Of a stretch of DNA of 64,000 nt, positions 51,098 to 60,504 are shown one piece after another. Location: the NCBI GenBank assembly GCA_038109055.1, contig JAYNIM010000001.1:523365-587364 (forward strand), given 5' to 3'. The translations under genes were made by a program, and so were the position numbers. A model generated the notes under the pieces. That model saw only the letters and a list, made by a program, of their open reading frames with translations, was not told the origin of the DNA and made no database searches. Source of the DNA: a bacterium (GTDB taxonomy: Bacteria > Margulisbacteria > Marinamargulisbacteria > GCA-2716485 > JAYNIM01). Each line of letters starts with the position of its first letter. The first letter of the stretch is position 1.

Positions 51098-52669
51098 ATG
51101 TTTAAATGCTGTGTTTTTTTGGGTACTCTTTACGATATGTGGGACATACTACTTTTTTTAATCTATCACCCAATTGCGCCTTTTGTTGGGGTTTTTCTCA
51201 TCTTTCTTTTTATCGTTGGAATTTATGATATTTTTATTCAGCGCAAACATGCCATCCAGCACAACTTCCCTGTTATTGGTCACTTACGTTATTTTTTAGA
51301 GCTTATTGGTCCGGAGTTACGGCAATATTGGGTGGCAAATGATAAAGAGGAACAGCCCTTTAATCGAGATCAACGCCGTTGGATTTATTCTACCGCCAAG
51401 CAAGCTAACAGTAACTTTGGCTTTGGCAGTACCCAAAATATGAAACAAAGTGGGTATATCCTTATCAAACATAAAGCCCTCCCTTTCCCTGCGGAAAAGG
51501 CCCTCCATCCACTCTCAGACCCCAGCGCCATTCGTTGTGCGAAGGTGATTGGTGAGTTTCACCAGCGGAAAAAGCCTTTTAGGCCCAATTCGGTGGTGAA
51601 TATTTCGGCAATGTCTTTTGGTTCTTTGGGACAACATGCTATTACTGCCTTAAATAAAGGCGCAAAAATGGCCGGTTGTTATCATAATACGGGCGAAGGG
51701 GGTGTTAGCCCTTATCATACCTCTGGTGCTGATTTAGTCTGGCAGTTAGGTACGGCTTATTTTGGTGCTCGAGATCAAGATGGCAATTTTTGCTTGACTA
51801 AATTATTAGAAAAAATTGATACACATCCCCAGATTCGCTGCATTGAAATTAAACTTTCTCAGGGTGCTAAACCTGGCAAAGGGGGAATTTTACCGGCTGA
51901 GAAAATTACGCCTGAAATTGCCAAAATACGCGATATTGAACTTGGCAAAGATTGTTATTCTCCGAATCATCATACGGCCTTTGACTCTGTGGATACCTGC
52001 ATTGATTTTATTGAATTAATTGCCAAAGAAAGTGGTTTACCTGTGGGTATTAAAGCGGCTATTGGCCAGATTGATTTTTTTAAGGAACTGGCTAAACGTA
52101 TGAAATCTAGAAAAGCAGGGCCTGACTATATTGTAATCGATGGGGCGGAGGGAGGCACAGGTGCAGCGCCTTTAACGTTTACTGACCATGTAGCATTGCC
52201 TTTTCGCGTCGCTTTTTCTCGTATTTATACTCTATTTCAATCTGAGGGCTTGGCTGATCGTTTGGTTTGGATTGGGAGTGGAAAATTAGGTTTTCCTGAC
52301 CAAGCAGCTCTAGCTTTTGCTATGGGCTGTGATGCGATTAATATTGCGAGAGAGGCCATGTTGGCCGTAGGTTGTATACAAGCTCAAAAATGTCATACTA
52401 ATCATTGTCCCGTGGGTGTTGCGACCCAAAAAAAATGGTTGCAAGCGGGTTTAAATGTGTATGAAAAAGCACCTCGTTTCGCCCATTATGTCCAAGGTCT
52501 GCGAAAAGAATTGATCATGCTTTCACATTCAGTAGGGCATGAACACCCCGCTGAATTTAGTGGAAAAGATATTGAAATTGCCATAGGTGATGGCTGTTAT
52601 ACGTCCTTAGACACATTGATAGGTTATCGGAAAATGCCCGTCCATATTGACGCAAAACTGTTTTTATAA
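51098..52669 (+). CDS. FMN-binding glutamate synthase family protein (YerD-like)
   Basis: NISAMSFGSL, NTGEGG, EIKLSQGAKPGKGG, GCIQAQKCHTNHCPVGVATQ; N-terminal TM. Confidence 0.9.
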   Translation: MFKCCVFLGTLYDMWDILLFLIYHPIAPFVGVFLIFLFIVGIYDIFIQRKHAIQHNFPVIGHLRYFLELIGPELRQYWVANDKEEQPFNRDQRRWIYSTAKQANSNFGFGSTQNMKQSGYILIKHKALPFPAEKALHPLSDPSAIRCAKVIGEFHQRKKPFRPNSVVNISAMSFGSLGQHAITALNKGAKMAGCYHNTGEGGVSPYHTSGADLVWQLGTAYFGARDQDGNFCLTKLLEKIDTHPQIRCIEIKLSQGAKPGKGGILPAEKITPEIAKIRDIELGKDCYSPNHHTAFDSVDTCIDFIELIAKESGLPVGIKAAIGQIDFFKELAKRMKSRKAGPDYIVIDGAEGGTGAAPLTFTDHVALPFRVAFSRIYTLFQSEGLADRLVWIGSGKLGFPDQAALAFAMGCDAINIAREAMLAVGCIQAQKCHTNHCPVGVATQKKWLQAGLNVYEKAPRFAHYVQGLRKELIMLSHSVGHEHPAEFSGKDIEIAIGDGCYTSLDTLIGYRKMPVHIDAKLFL

Positions 52670-52704
52670 TCGTGAAGCTTATTTTTTTCTGCGCTATTAG
52701 ATTC

Positions 52705-54156
52705 TTAGTCTTTTAGTTTGTTATATAAGGTTGTTCGTGATAGGCCTAAGGCTTTTGCGCAGGCGCTCATATTGTCATTAAACTGTTCTAAAGCCCAGTG
52801 AATATAGCGTTTTTCTAATGCGTCTAGGGGTTCTATTTGATTGAATTCTTTATGGTGATAGTCATTTTGTATTGTACCTGGCAATTGTAGCCCTTTTTGA
52901 CCAGGTCTAAAGTCTAAAATTGCAGCTGTAATAGGATTTCCTTGCGATAAAATGAGGGCACGTTGCAAGGTATTTTCTAATTCCCGTACATTGCCTTGCC
53001 ACTCCTGCCCCTGTAAAAACTGACTCGCATCTGCTGATAATTGCGGAACACTAAGATTAAAGTTTTTAGCATGTAAATTTAGAAAATGTGTTGCTAATAA
53101 GGGGATATCGCTTTTGCGCTCTCTGAGTGCAGGCACATGGATAGGAAAGACATGTAGCCGATAAAACAAATCCACTCTAAATTTTCCTTCATCCACCAAG
53201 GTTTTTAAAGGTTTGTTACTGGCTGCGATAATGCGCGTATTAATGCTTATCTTTTCTTGTCCTCCGATTCTCTCTATTTCCTTATTCTGTAATACACGTA
53301 ATAATTTAACCTGCATATCTAAGGGCAACTCGCTGACTTCATCCAAAAACAAGGTACCCTCTTGAGCCAATTCGAATTTTCCTAAACGTTGTTTATCGGC
53401 TGAGGTAAAGGCACCTTTTTCGTGACCAAAGAGTTCGGACTCGATTAATTCTTTGGGAATAGCCCCACAATTCAAGGTAACAAAGGCCTTGTTTTTACGT
53501 TTTGAATGTTGATGAATAATAGTGGCGAGTAGGTCTTTTCCCGTCCCGCTTTCGCCTTCTAATAAGACCGTGATATCATTTTCTAAAATTAACCCAATGG
53601 TCTGAAATACCTGCTGCATGGCAGGACTATTACCGATAATTTTGTCTTGAAAACTATGTGATTGTGTTTGTAAATAATGAATTTGTTCACTTTGACGCTG
53701 GATTACGGTGTCTTTTTCGACTTGATACACTTCAAAGGTCAGCATGCCCAATAAATCTAATAACTGCCCTAATTGACTTAGTTCGGATATATTCTTATAG
53801 TTTTTTTGATCGCAATGTTGATCCATATATTTTAAGAGACTGGTCCGTAATGTATAGATCAATAAGGCTGTTTCTCGGGTTGAAAACCCTTGATCTTGTT
53901 GGGTTGCTGTAAGCTGATGCCATAAGTTTAATACTGGCTTAATCGTCTCTGCTGAAAATGTGGGTATATCTGGTGACTTAATAGTTGAAAATAGTTTCTT
54001 TAAAAATTGTTTTGAATAATGCTTTAGATTGCCTTTTTGGGGCAACTCTTGATCTTTTAACCTCGGATTTTCCTGAATTTCTGCTAACCATAAATGTAAG
54101 AGTGTTTGCTCTTGATCTTTTTTGATATGTGAAAGAGCCTGTTCTTTTTTTTTCAT
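52705..54156 (-). CDS. Sigma-54-dependent Fis-family activator with an RsbRD-N-like N-terminal domain
   Basis: [55 protein letters not shown]. Confidence 0.9.
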   Translation of the reverse strand: MKKKEQALSHIKKDQEQTLLHLWLAEIQENPRLKDQELPQKGNLKHYSKQFLKKLFSTIKSPDIPTFSAETIKPVLNLWHQLTATQQDQGFSTRETALLIYTLRTSLLKYMDQHCDQKNYKNISELSQLGQLLDLLGMLTFEVYQVEKDTVIQRQSEQIHYLQTQSHSFQDKIIGNSPAMQQVFQTIGLILENDITVLLEGESGTGKDLLATIIHQHSKRKNKAFVTLNCGAIPKELIESELFGHEKGAFTSADKQRLGKFELAQEGTLFLDEVSELPLDMQVKLLRVLQNKEIERIGGQEKISINTRIIAASNKPLKTLVDEGKFRVDLFYRLHVFPIHVPALRERKSDIPLLATHFLNLHAKNFNLSVPQLSADASQFLQGQEWQGNVRELENTLQRALILSQGNPITAAILDFRPGQKGLQLPGTIQNDYHHKEFNQIEPLDALEKRYIHWALEQFNDNMSACAKALGLSRTTLYNKLKD

Positions 54157-54239
54157 GTAACTCCAAGAACATGTAGTGTTCAGATATTATACACTAAACA
54201 TGCCTTTTTTTAAAGTTAATGAAACATTTCAAAGACTCT

Positions 54240-54434
54240 TTATTGACTGTTGTTTAAGATCATCGCAACACCTGCGAACATACACCCAAAAATACAGGTC
54301 ACTGCCAACACATCTGATACCGTTTCGCTAAAAAACATCAGGCCCAAAAAAGCCCCTATTCCAATCCCTGCAATCCCAGCTAGTATATCAATATTGAGTA
54401 AAATAGCTCGATACTTTTCTAAATATTGCTTCAT
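54240..54434 (-). CDS. Small two-TM membrane protein
   Basis: GGAGG RBS; two hydrophobic helices. Confidence 0.6.
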   Translation of the reverse strand: MKQYLEKYRAILLNIDILAGIAGIGIGAFLGLMFFSETVSDVLAVTCIFGCMFAGVAMILNNSQ

Positions 54435-54699
54435 ACGCTCCCTCCTGTCTTCTTTTATTATCTATACCCTCTTTTATTCATTATTAAACATTTTCTACAC
54501 GTAATTTTTTATATACATACATTTTTTTTCTTTTAATTGACATTTTTATAGAATACTGTGACTTTAACGGGCTGTCTTAGCAATTAACATCTATCCCTCA
54601 AGTTAACTTTTCAACAGTATTATCCTCTCTTTTCAAAGGTCTGGTAGTTTTAGTACTTTCCCCTTTTGCCGGGGCCCCTTCTAGGTTTGTGGGTGGTCA

Positions 54700-55437
54700 T
54701 TGTGTAAATTATTCTATCCAGACAAATCCTTTACTTGTCATACTTTACTTCCTTATGGTGTTTTTGTTGGGACACCCTCCGACAATGATTGTTCAGGTCA
54801 AGTTTCATGTGAAGATCAACCTGCTTTTAATTCTCGTATCCTACATGATTGTAATTTCGATGGTGTTAGTACTTTTAAAGACTTAAACAGCACCTTAACC
54901 AATTGTAGTTTAGCTGCAGCTGAAATGGCTGCTTGTATCGTTCGTCATATGCCGGAAGGGGTTGGCCCTCAAACACTCTTAAGCGCACAGGTGTTCCAAA
55001 GGCCATTGTTAAAAGATAGCTATGATGTTGATACTACCTATACAAGACCTTCTACACCTCCAAGTTGTGACATGACGCATCCTGTCCTTCTTATGTTTTT
55101 TCCTGATCTCTCTCAATACTTTCTTGCAGAAGGTGACTCACATTCTGACGATCAAGATCGTTTTCAGTCCACCTTGCAAAGCTCTTATTTATACAATTAC
55201 TTCCTTGGTATATCTGATGTTTATTGTGCACTTTCAAGCAATACACAATTTTCAGTAAATGTTGGCTCTTTTGGAAATGCATGCATAGATACCTCCTCAT
55301 TACAGCGACCATCTCTCAATTCCTCAGAATCAGGTCTTGATTCTGCACAGTCTCCTCACAAAACAAGTGCATCATGGTTAGCGACGTTACCCTTAGCAAG
55401 AATCGCTGCTATTTGGGCGGCTTATACTGCCTCATGA
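54700..55437 (+). CDS. Hypothetical Cys/Ser-rich protein; start uncertain
   Basis: 245-aa ORF (TTG start) fills the gap; T-ending codon bias like the other orphan genes. Confidence 0.45.
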   Translation: MCKLFYPDKSFTCHTLLPYGVFVGTPSDNDCSGQVSCEDQPAFNSRILHDCNFDGVSTFKDLNSTLTNCSLAAAEMAACIVRHMPEGVGPQTLLSAQVFQRPLLKDSYDVDTTYTRPSTPPSCDMTHPVLLMFFPDLSQYFLAEGDSHSDDQDRFQSTLQSSYLYNYFLGISDVYCALSSNTQFSVNVGSFGNACIDTSSLQRPSLNSSESGLDSAQSPHKTSASWLATLPLARIAAIWAAYTAS

Positions 55438-55446
55438 TCATCTTTT

Positions 55447-56397
55447 TCAGCTAGCCTTTAGCCCTTTTACCAACACATAATCAAAGGGACAGGCCTGATG
55501 ATCTTGGCAAAATTGCAGCCCCCAGCGAGCAGCATATTTATAAAAGATATTAAATTTTTGACTATAGGTTTTATCCGCTAACTTTGCTAAAAGATAATCA
55601 AAGCAAGGCCTGTACACCTTGTCTTTGATTGACTCTACGCTGGCCATCTGAAATCCTGCTTCTTTGAGTTTTTCCTTATAGGTTGCAAGAGGATACATAT
55701 TGTCTTTAGGTAATTGCCAAAACGCTAGGGCGAGTTGATAAATGAGGCGCTGTTGCCAGGTCAAAGAACCTGATAACCCACAAATATCTGCTAGTACTAC
55801 CTGTCCTCCTGGCTTTAAGACACGATAGGCTTCTTTTAAAAAGGCCTCTCGTGGCATAAAATGCATCGCACATTCTAAAGCAAACACTTTTGTAACACTC
55901 TCTGAAGCAAGGTCTATCTTGCAGGCATTTCCCAGCTGTAACTGTATTTTTTTTTCTAAGCCAGCGTTTTTGACCCGTTTCTGAGCTTCTTTAACCTGAC
56001 TTTCACAAAGATTAATCCCATAAATATGGTCTGGCTGATAGGTGCTTTCCCAAAAAAAATCTTGCTCAGCAAAGCCAAATCCCACATCTAATATCCGATC
56101 TGTTGACCCCAGCTGACTTATTTCAGCCAGTTGTCTGGCCATATTTTCTGATGCCTGATCTAAACTATTTGTTTCGGGCTCCCAATACCCTAAATTTAAA
56201 TAGTATTTTGTATCTGTAAACCCACTCTCCTTCCCCAATGTCTGATACAAAAAGTTGATCCGTTGTCGCCAGGGTAATAATAAACTTAAAAATGCCAGTG
56301 TTTTTCCTATGACCTTAAGATATTTTTGAGCGTTTTTTTTCTTCCCTGTTAGTTTCATTGCTAGTTTAGTTGTTACCTTGTGTATTTCTTTGATCAT
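55447..56397 (-). CDS. Class I SAM-dependent methyltransferase (EryG/RebM/sterol-MT-like)
   Basis: YLNLGYW, ILDVGFG, ALECAMHF, RVLKPGG. Confidence 0.85.
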   Translation of the reverse strand: MIKEIHKVTTKLAMKLTGKKKNAQKYLKVIGKTLAFLSLLLPWRQRINFLYQTLGKESGFTDTKYYLNLGYWEPETNSLDQASENMARQLAEISQLGSTDRILDVGFGFAEQDFFWESTYQPDHIYGINLCESQVKEAQKRVKNAGLEKKIQLQLGNACKIDLASESVTKVFALECAMHFMPREAFLKEAYRVLKPGGQVVLADICGLSGSLTWQQRLIYQLALAFWQLPKDNMYPLATYKEKLKEAGFQMASVESIKDKVYRPCFDYLLAKLADKTYSQKFNIFYKYAARWGLQFCQDHQACPFDYVLVKGLKAS

Positions 56398-56500
56398 CTT
56401 TCAGTCTCCTATGTTTAGATTTTACTGGATATGGGTATATAGCAACAGGGGACTATATGTTAGATCTTGAAATTGTGGCAGTATCAAATCGGGAAAATGC

Positions 56501-57391
56501 ATGTTAGATCTTGGCATTTTGGCCATGTCAAAGACAGATCAGTCTTTTATTCATGACACACTGTCTCATCAGTATCATTTACAGCATTATGATCGCCATT
56601 TTTTCTCTCATTCAACACCTCCCTTTTCAGCTCGAATCTTTTTAATTGGTGACTGTTATACCCTGTCTGATACCTCTGCATTGATTTTGGCTATTCAAGA
56701 CTCTCAGCCTTTTTGTGAATTTATCTATTGCAGTCAGCACCCTGATGTTCAAACCGTGGTAGCGCTTTGCAAACTGGGCCTTTTTGATAGCCTTACGATT
56801 CCTACCTTTGCATCAGAGCTCACCTGGGTGATTGAAAAGGCGTATGACTATCACAAACTTTCCCAACAGATTCTTGACCATTGTTCGACGGAAAAGAAAA
56901 AACTGCAGTATCAACATCAATTTCGTCAATTTAAACAAGGTGGCGATCTTGTTGAACACTCTTCATTGCAGCATTATTTGTTTGATAAGACCGTATTACG
57001 CCCTGGTCATAAATCAACTTTATTGCTTGTGGAAGATGATCTATTGATTCGACAGGGCCTTAAACACTCTTTGGCTCCATTTTTTACGATTTTAGAAGCT
57101 GCTGATGGGGCGACGGCCTTGGCCTTGGCTAAACATCATACCTGCCATGTGGCTCTTTTAGATCTTGGGCTACCTGATATGAGTGGCGAAGATGTTTTAC
57201 TTAATTTACGTTCCTTGTACCCTCATATTGATATTTTGGTTGTCTCGGCATTTCGTGATATTGAGCTGGTCACTCGTAGTATTAAATCTGGTGCCTGTGA
57301 CTATTTAGTCAAAGACTGTGATTTCTCTATTCTGAAGCATAAAATAATACAACGATTGCAGCATTATTATTTTAGAGAGGCGCTTTCTTAA
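56501..57391 (+). CDS. Tandem receiver-domain response regulator without an output domain
   Basis: C-terminal REC: LLVEDD, LLDLGLPDMSG, GACDYLVK; degenerate N-terminal REC. Confidence 0.8.
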   Translation: MLDLGILAMSKTDQSFIHDTLSHQYHLQHYDRHFFSHSTPPFSARIFLIGDCYTLSDTSALILAIQDSQPFCEFIYCSQHPDVQTVVALCKLGLFDSLTIPTFASELTWVIEKAYDYHKLSQQILDHCSTEKKKLQYQHQFRQFKQGGDLVEHSSLQHYLFDKTVLRPGHKSTLLLVEDDLLIRQGLKHSLAPFFTILEAADGATALALAKHHTCHVALLDLGLPDMSGEDVLLNLRSLYPHIDILVVSAFRDIELVTRSIKSGACDYLVKDCDFSILKHKIIQRLQHYYFREALS

Positions 57392-57465
57392 GCTAAAAAT
57401 TGTTGCCCTACTACAGTGGCCAAGACCGTTACCTGGGAAAGTAAAAATAAGGTTTGATCGTTTTG
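57328..57465. repeat. 138-bp direct repeat, copy 1
   Basis: Identical by eye to 58887..59024; contains the 3' ends of both convergent flanking genes. Confidence 0.95.
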
Positions 57466-57556
57466 GAAATGGGGTATTTAAATTATAGAGTCTCACTTTC
57501 TATGCGACTATATATATAGTTTTACTTATTTTCTTTTGCTACCTCACATCTATTTT

Positions 57557-58660
57557 CTATACCCCAATGCTTAAAATTGATTTATGCAGACTATCCCTAT
57601 TTTCGAGGCCCCCATCTTCGGCAGCATCTTCGTGAGCAGCATTTCCATCACTGCTTTCAGTGCCACATTTTTTCATATAGTCTGTTGCTAGTGCCGTTAC
57701 TTTTGTCACGCCTAAACTAAGCCACTGTTGAGCATTGAATCCATTAATTTCTGTATTCAAACCTTTGTTAATAAAGAAAATCATTGCCAAAGGCATTGCA
57801 ATTAAAACAAATTCATCTCTAGCTCGATCATATCCTGAAAATCCCTCTCTCATTTCATCTGCTGGTAGAACTAATTCATACATACTTCTTGTTAGCTCTT
57901 CACTTATACGTTGCATAGGTAAATATATTCCTATATTAGCTACGGTTGCCATTATAAGATCAAGACATTTTTTGGAATTAGATGATTCTGAATCAGCAAA
58001 AATAACTGTAGAGCTTTCAAATAAAGATTTCACTGCAAATAAGCCTAGCATTGCAAGAATAACCCTTTCTGAGTCTTCAACTCTAGTTTCATAGCCACTT
58101 GCAGCTCTTGTTTGTAATTCTGTAATTGTTGGTGTCATGATCTCGTTTAGTTCTGTGGTAAAATCTCTAATCGTCTGATCCATATCCTTTGTAACACTGA
58201 TTGGATCAGTTGAATTTTTCATTTTAGTCATTGTTTCTTGAATCTCAGCTATAAAGCTTTTAACATCCGGTCCCTCTGGACTATTACTTAGGGCTGATCC
58301 ATATATGAGTGAAGGTAAAATATCCCTCCAAACATGCACTCCATAAGGTAAAGTTGGCCCATATCTAATCAACATATGTATTATTCTATTCCATACTCCC
58401 CCTGATAAAGTCGTAATAGCAGTAGGTGTAGAAGGAATAGGCACAGGAGCAAGAGCAGCAGGAGCAGCAGGAGCAGCAAGAGCAGCAGGAGCAGCAGGAG
58501 CAGCAAGAGCAGCAGGAGCAGCAAGAGCAGCACGAGCAGCACGAGCAGCACGAGCAGCAGGCACAGTAGAAGAAGCCTTAGAAGTATCTGGATTATCACT
58601 AGCACTTCTAAACTGTTGTAATAATTTTTTATCACCCATTCCTATTACTCTACTCATCAT
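57557..58660 (-). CDS. Orphan protein with an Ala/Pro tandem repeat and several hydrophobic helices
   Basis: 367-aa ORF with GGAGG RBS, lying between the 138-bp repeats. Confidence 0.7.
   Translation of the reverse strand: MMSRVIGMGDKKLLQQFRSASDNPDTSKASSTVPAARAARAARAALAAPAALAAPAAPAALAAPAAPAALAPVPIPSTPTAITTLSGGVWNRIIHMLIRYGPTLPYGVHVWRDILPSLIYGSALSNSPEGPDVKSFIAEIQETMTKMKNSTDPISVTKDMDQTIRDFTTELNEIMTPTITELQTRAASGYETRVEDSERVILAMLGLFAVKSLFESSTVIFADSESSNSKKCLDLIMATVANIGIYLPMQRISEELTRSMYELVLPADEMREGFSGYDRARDEFVLIAMPLAMIFFINKGLNTEINGFNAQQWLSLGVTKVTALATDYMKKCGTESSDGNAAHEDAAEDGGLENRDSLHKSILSIGV
58454..58561 (-). repeat. 9-bp tandem repeat, 12 copies of AGCAGCANG (plus strand), encoding (P/L/R)AA
   Basis: Counted directly. 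Confidence 0.9.
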
Positions 58661-58886
58661 TTACCCTCCATAATACTGCTTAATTGTAAATAGTTAACGG
58701 ATAGTTTAATTTATAATTTCATTTAGTTTAGAACAAACTTGCCTTTTCAGTATTGCCCCTCTTACATTATAGAAAGAAATATTGTCTAAAAATTAACGTT
58801 TTTACCCAGTCGTTGATACTGTTAAATGGCGCTATAAAATTTTAAATATGCTCAATCAGCTAAACATAGAAAGACTTTAGCTTCTG

Positions 58887-59024
58887 TATTCTGAAGCATA
58901 AAATAATACAACGATTGCAGCATTATTATTTTAGAGAGGCGCTTTCTTAAGCTAAAAATTGTTGCCCTACTACAGTGGCCAAGACCGTTACCTGGGAAAG
59001 TAAAAATAAGGTTTGATCGTTTTG
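58887..59024. repeat. 138-bp direct repeat, copy 2
   Basis: Offset 1559 from copy 1. Confidence 0.95.
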
Positions 59025-59588
59025 TTGATTTAGGTCTTGGCCATAGGTGTTATCTTGATGCACGTATGTTTTTGCAATACTTAACTCATTGTGTTGGTTT
59101 TTATATAAAATATAGTGATCAGATCGATAGTTTTGATCGATACTTTGCTGAAAAATCACTAAATCTTTGGGTCTAAACATGGGTAAGAAAGCTGGACGTT
59201 GTATTTGTATTGCTACTAATGGATGTTGATGAGCAGGATACTCTAGATTTTGTTTGCTTAAATACTGACATTGATTCCATTCATCTTTTTCTAACTTTTC
59301 TATAAGATCCCAGGATACAATCGGAACCTCTGTTATTTTCTTAACTATTTTACTGCTTGGGGGTGTATTTTTCTTTTGATTGATATATCCTAACATTTCT
59401 AATAGTTCTTCGTAATCTAATGTTAATGGTTCTGCAATTTTTTGGAGTATTTCAGGGTGAGGATTCTGAATATCTCCGTCTTCTAAACGATAGAGCATAC
59501 TGTAGCTTAGGCCGCTTCGCTGAGCGAGTTCGAGCAAGGTGTAGCCTTTTTCTTTTCGTGTGATATGTAAGAGTTCTGAAAATTTCAT
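58947..59588 (-). CDS. XRE-family HTH regulator with a degenerate S24/LexA-like C-domain
   Basis: RKEKGYTLLELAQRSGLSYSMLYRLEDG; VPIVSW linker. Confidence 0.8.
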   Translation of the reverse strand: MKFSELLHITRKEKGYTLLELAQRSGLSYSMLYRLEDGDIQNPHPEILQKIAEPLTLDYEELLEMLGYINQKKNTPPSSKIVKKITEVPIVSWDLIEKLEKDEWNQCQYLSKQNLEYPAHQHPLVAIQIQRPAFLPMFRPKDLVIFQQSIDQNYRSDHYILYKNQHNELSIAKTYVHQDNTYGQDLNQQNDQTLFLLSQVTVLATVVGQQFLA

Positions 59589-59737
59589 TTTTTTGCTTTA
59601 TTTCCTACTTTTTTTGGTATTTATCGTCACAAATATTAACTTTAAATTTAAAGTTTACAAAAAAATATTTAATTGTTAGACTTACCTTTATAATATCCAA
59701 TTATAAATACTCCTAAAAAAAATATTCATATATAAAT

Positions 59738-60094
59738 ATGACTCAACGCATACTAATTTATGATCAAAACCCACATTTGGCAATGATATTGACCTTATTT
59801 GTTGATCACTATTGCTTTTCTGTTGTTAAATCTACGCAGGCTCTCGAAGAGGAATCTCAGCATTCTTTCTCCTTATTGATTCTTGTTCAAGAGGCTATTT
59901 CTCGTTCTCTCTTTTCTTTTTTTAACTCTTATAAACAACGTTACCCAAAAGTTAAATTTTTACTCTTAAGCAATCAACTTGACCTTTTGAGACAGTGGAA
60001 AAATATATCGGATCTTGTGTTGTGTGATTGGACATTAGGGGATCCTCGAATTATTCAAGCGATTGATACTCTATGTCCTATTCGAACATCATAA
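59738..60094 (+). CDS. Degenerate receiver-like protein
   Basis: RILIYDQNPHLAMIL start; REC-sized; phospho-acceptor Asp not evident. Confidence 0.5.
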   Translation: MTQRILIYDQNPHLAMILTLFVDHYCFSVVKSTQALEEESQHSFSLLILVQEAISRSLFSFFNSYKQRYPKVKFLLLSNQLDLLRQWKNISDLVLCDWTLGDPRIIQAIDTLCPIRTS

Positions 60095-60110
60095 ACCAAA
60101 ACTAGATTGC

Positions 60111-60449
60111 CTAATCATGATCTTCCTTGGTCATTAAGACAACCAAATCTACGACTGTTTTTAATTTTGCTTTTTTCAATTTAGGTAATTCATGTAACAA
60201 CCTTGAAAACAGTGTTTGCTTGTCTTCTTCTTCAAAAAAAGGAAATAAATCAAAAATAATCGTATCTAAGACTCCTTGCAACTCCCCCAACAACTTTATT
60301 GATGGATGAGCAGCGCCAATTTCGATACGTCCGATATGTGCAAGGGTACAGCCCACTTTTTCTGCTAGTTCTTTCTGTGTCAGTCTTTTACGTTTTCTGG
60401 CGGTTTTTATCATTGTGCCTATTTCTATTTGATTTAGCACCTTTGTCAT
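60111..60449 (-). CDS. XRE-family transcriptional regulator
   Basis: IKTARKRKRLTQKELAEKVG..HIGRIEIG..PS. Confidence 0.88.
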   Translation of the reverse strand: MTKVLNQIEIGTMIKTARKRKRLTQKELAEKVGCTLAHIGRIEIGAAHPSIKLLGELQGVLDTIIFDLFPFFEEEDKQTLFSRLLHELPKLKKAKLKTVVDLVVLMTKEDHD

Positions 60450-60504
60450 CGCTGAATCCTACCTTATTATTGCTATTTTTGTCGAGATTTTTATTGATCA
60501 AGGT

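Noticed and set aside
56411..56532. Possible mini-CRISPR array
   Set aside because: Repeats are only about 13 bp and degenerate, one is a gene start, and no cas genes are present
58381..58635. Poly-Leu ORF
   Set aside because: Alternative-frame reading of the GCT repeat inside 57557..58660
58947..60449. Phage immunity region (two XRE genes)
   Set aside because: Both XRE genes are on the same strand, and no phage replication or structural genes are adjacent
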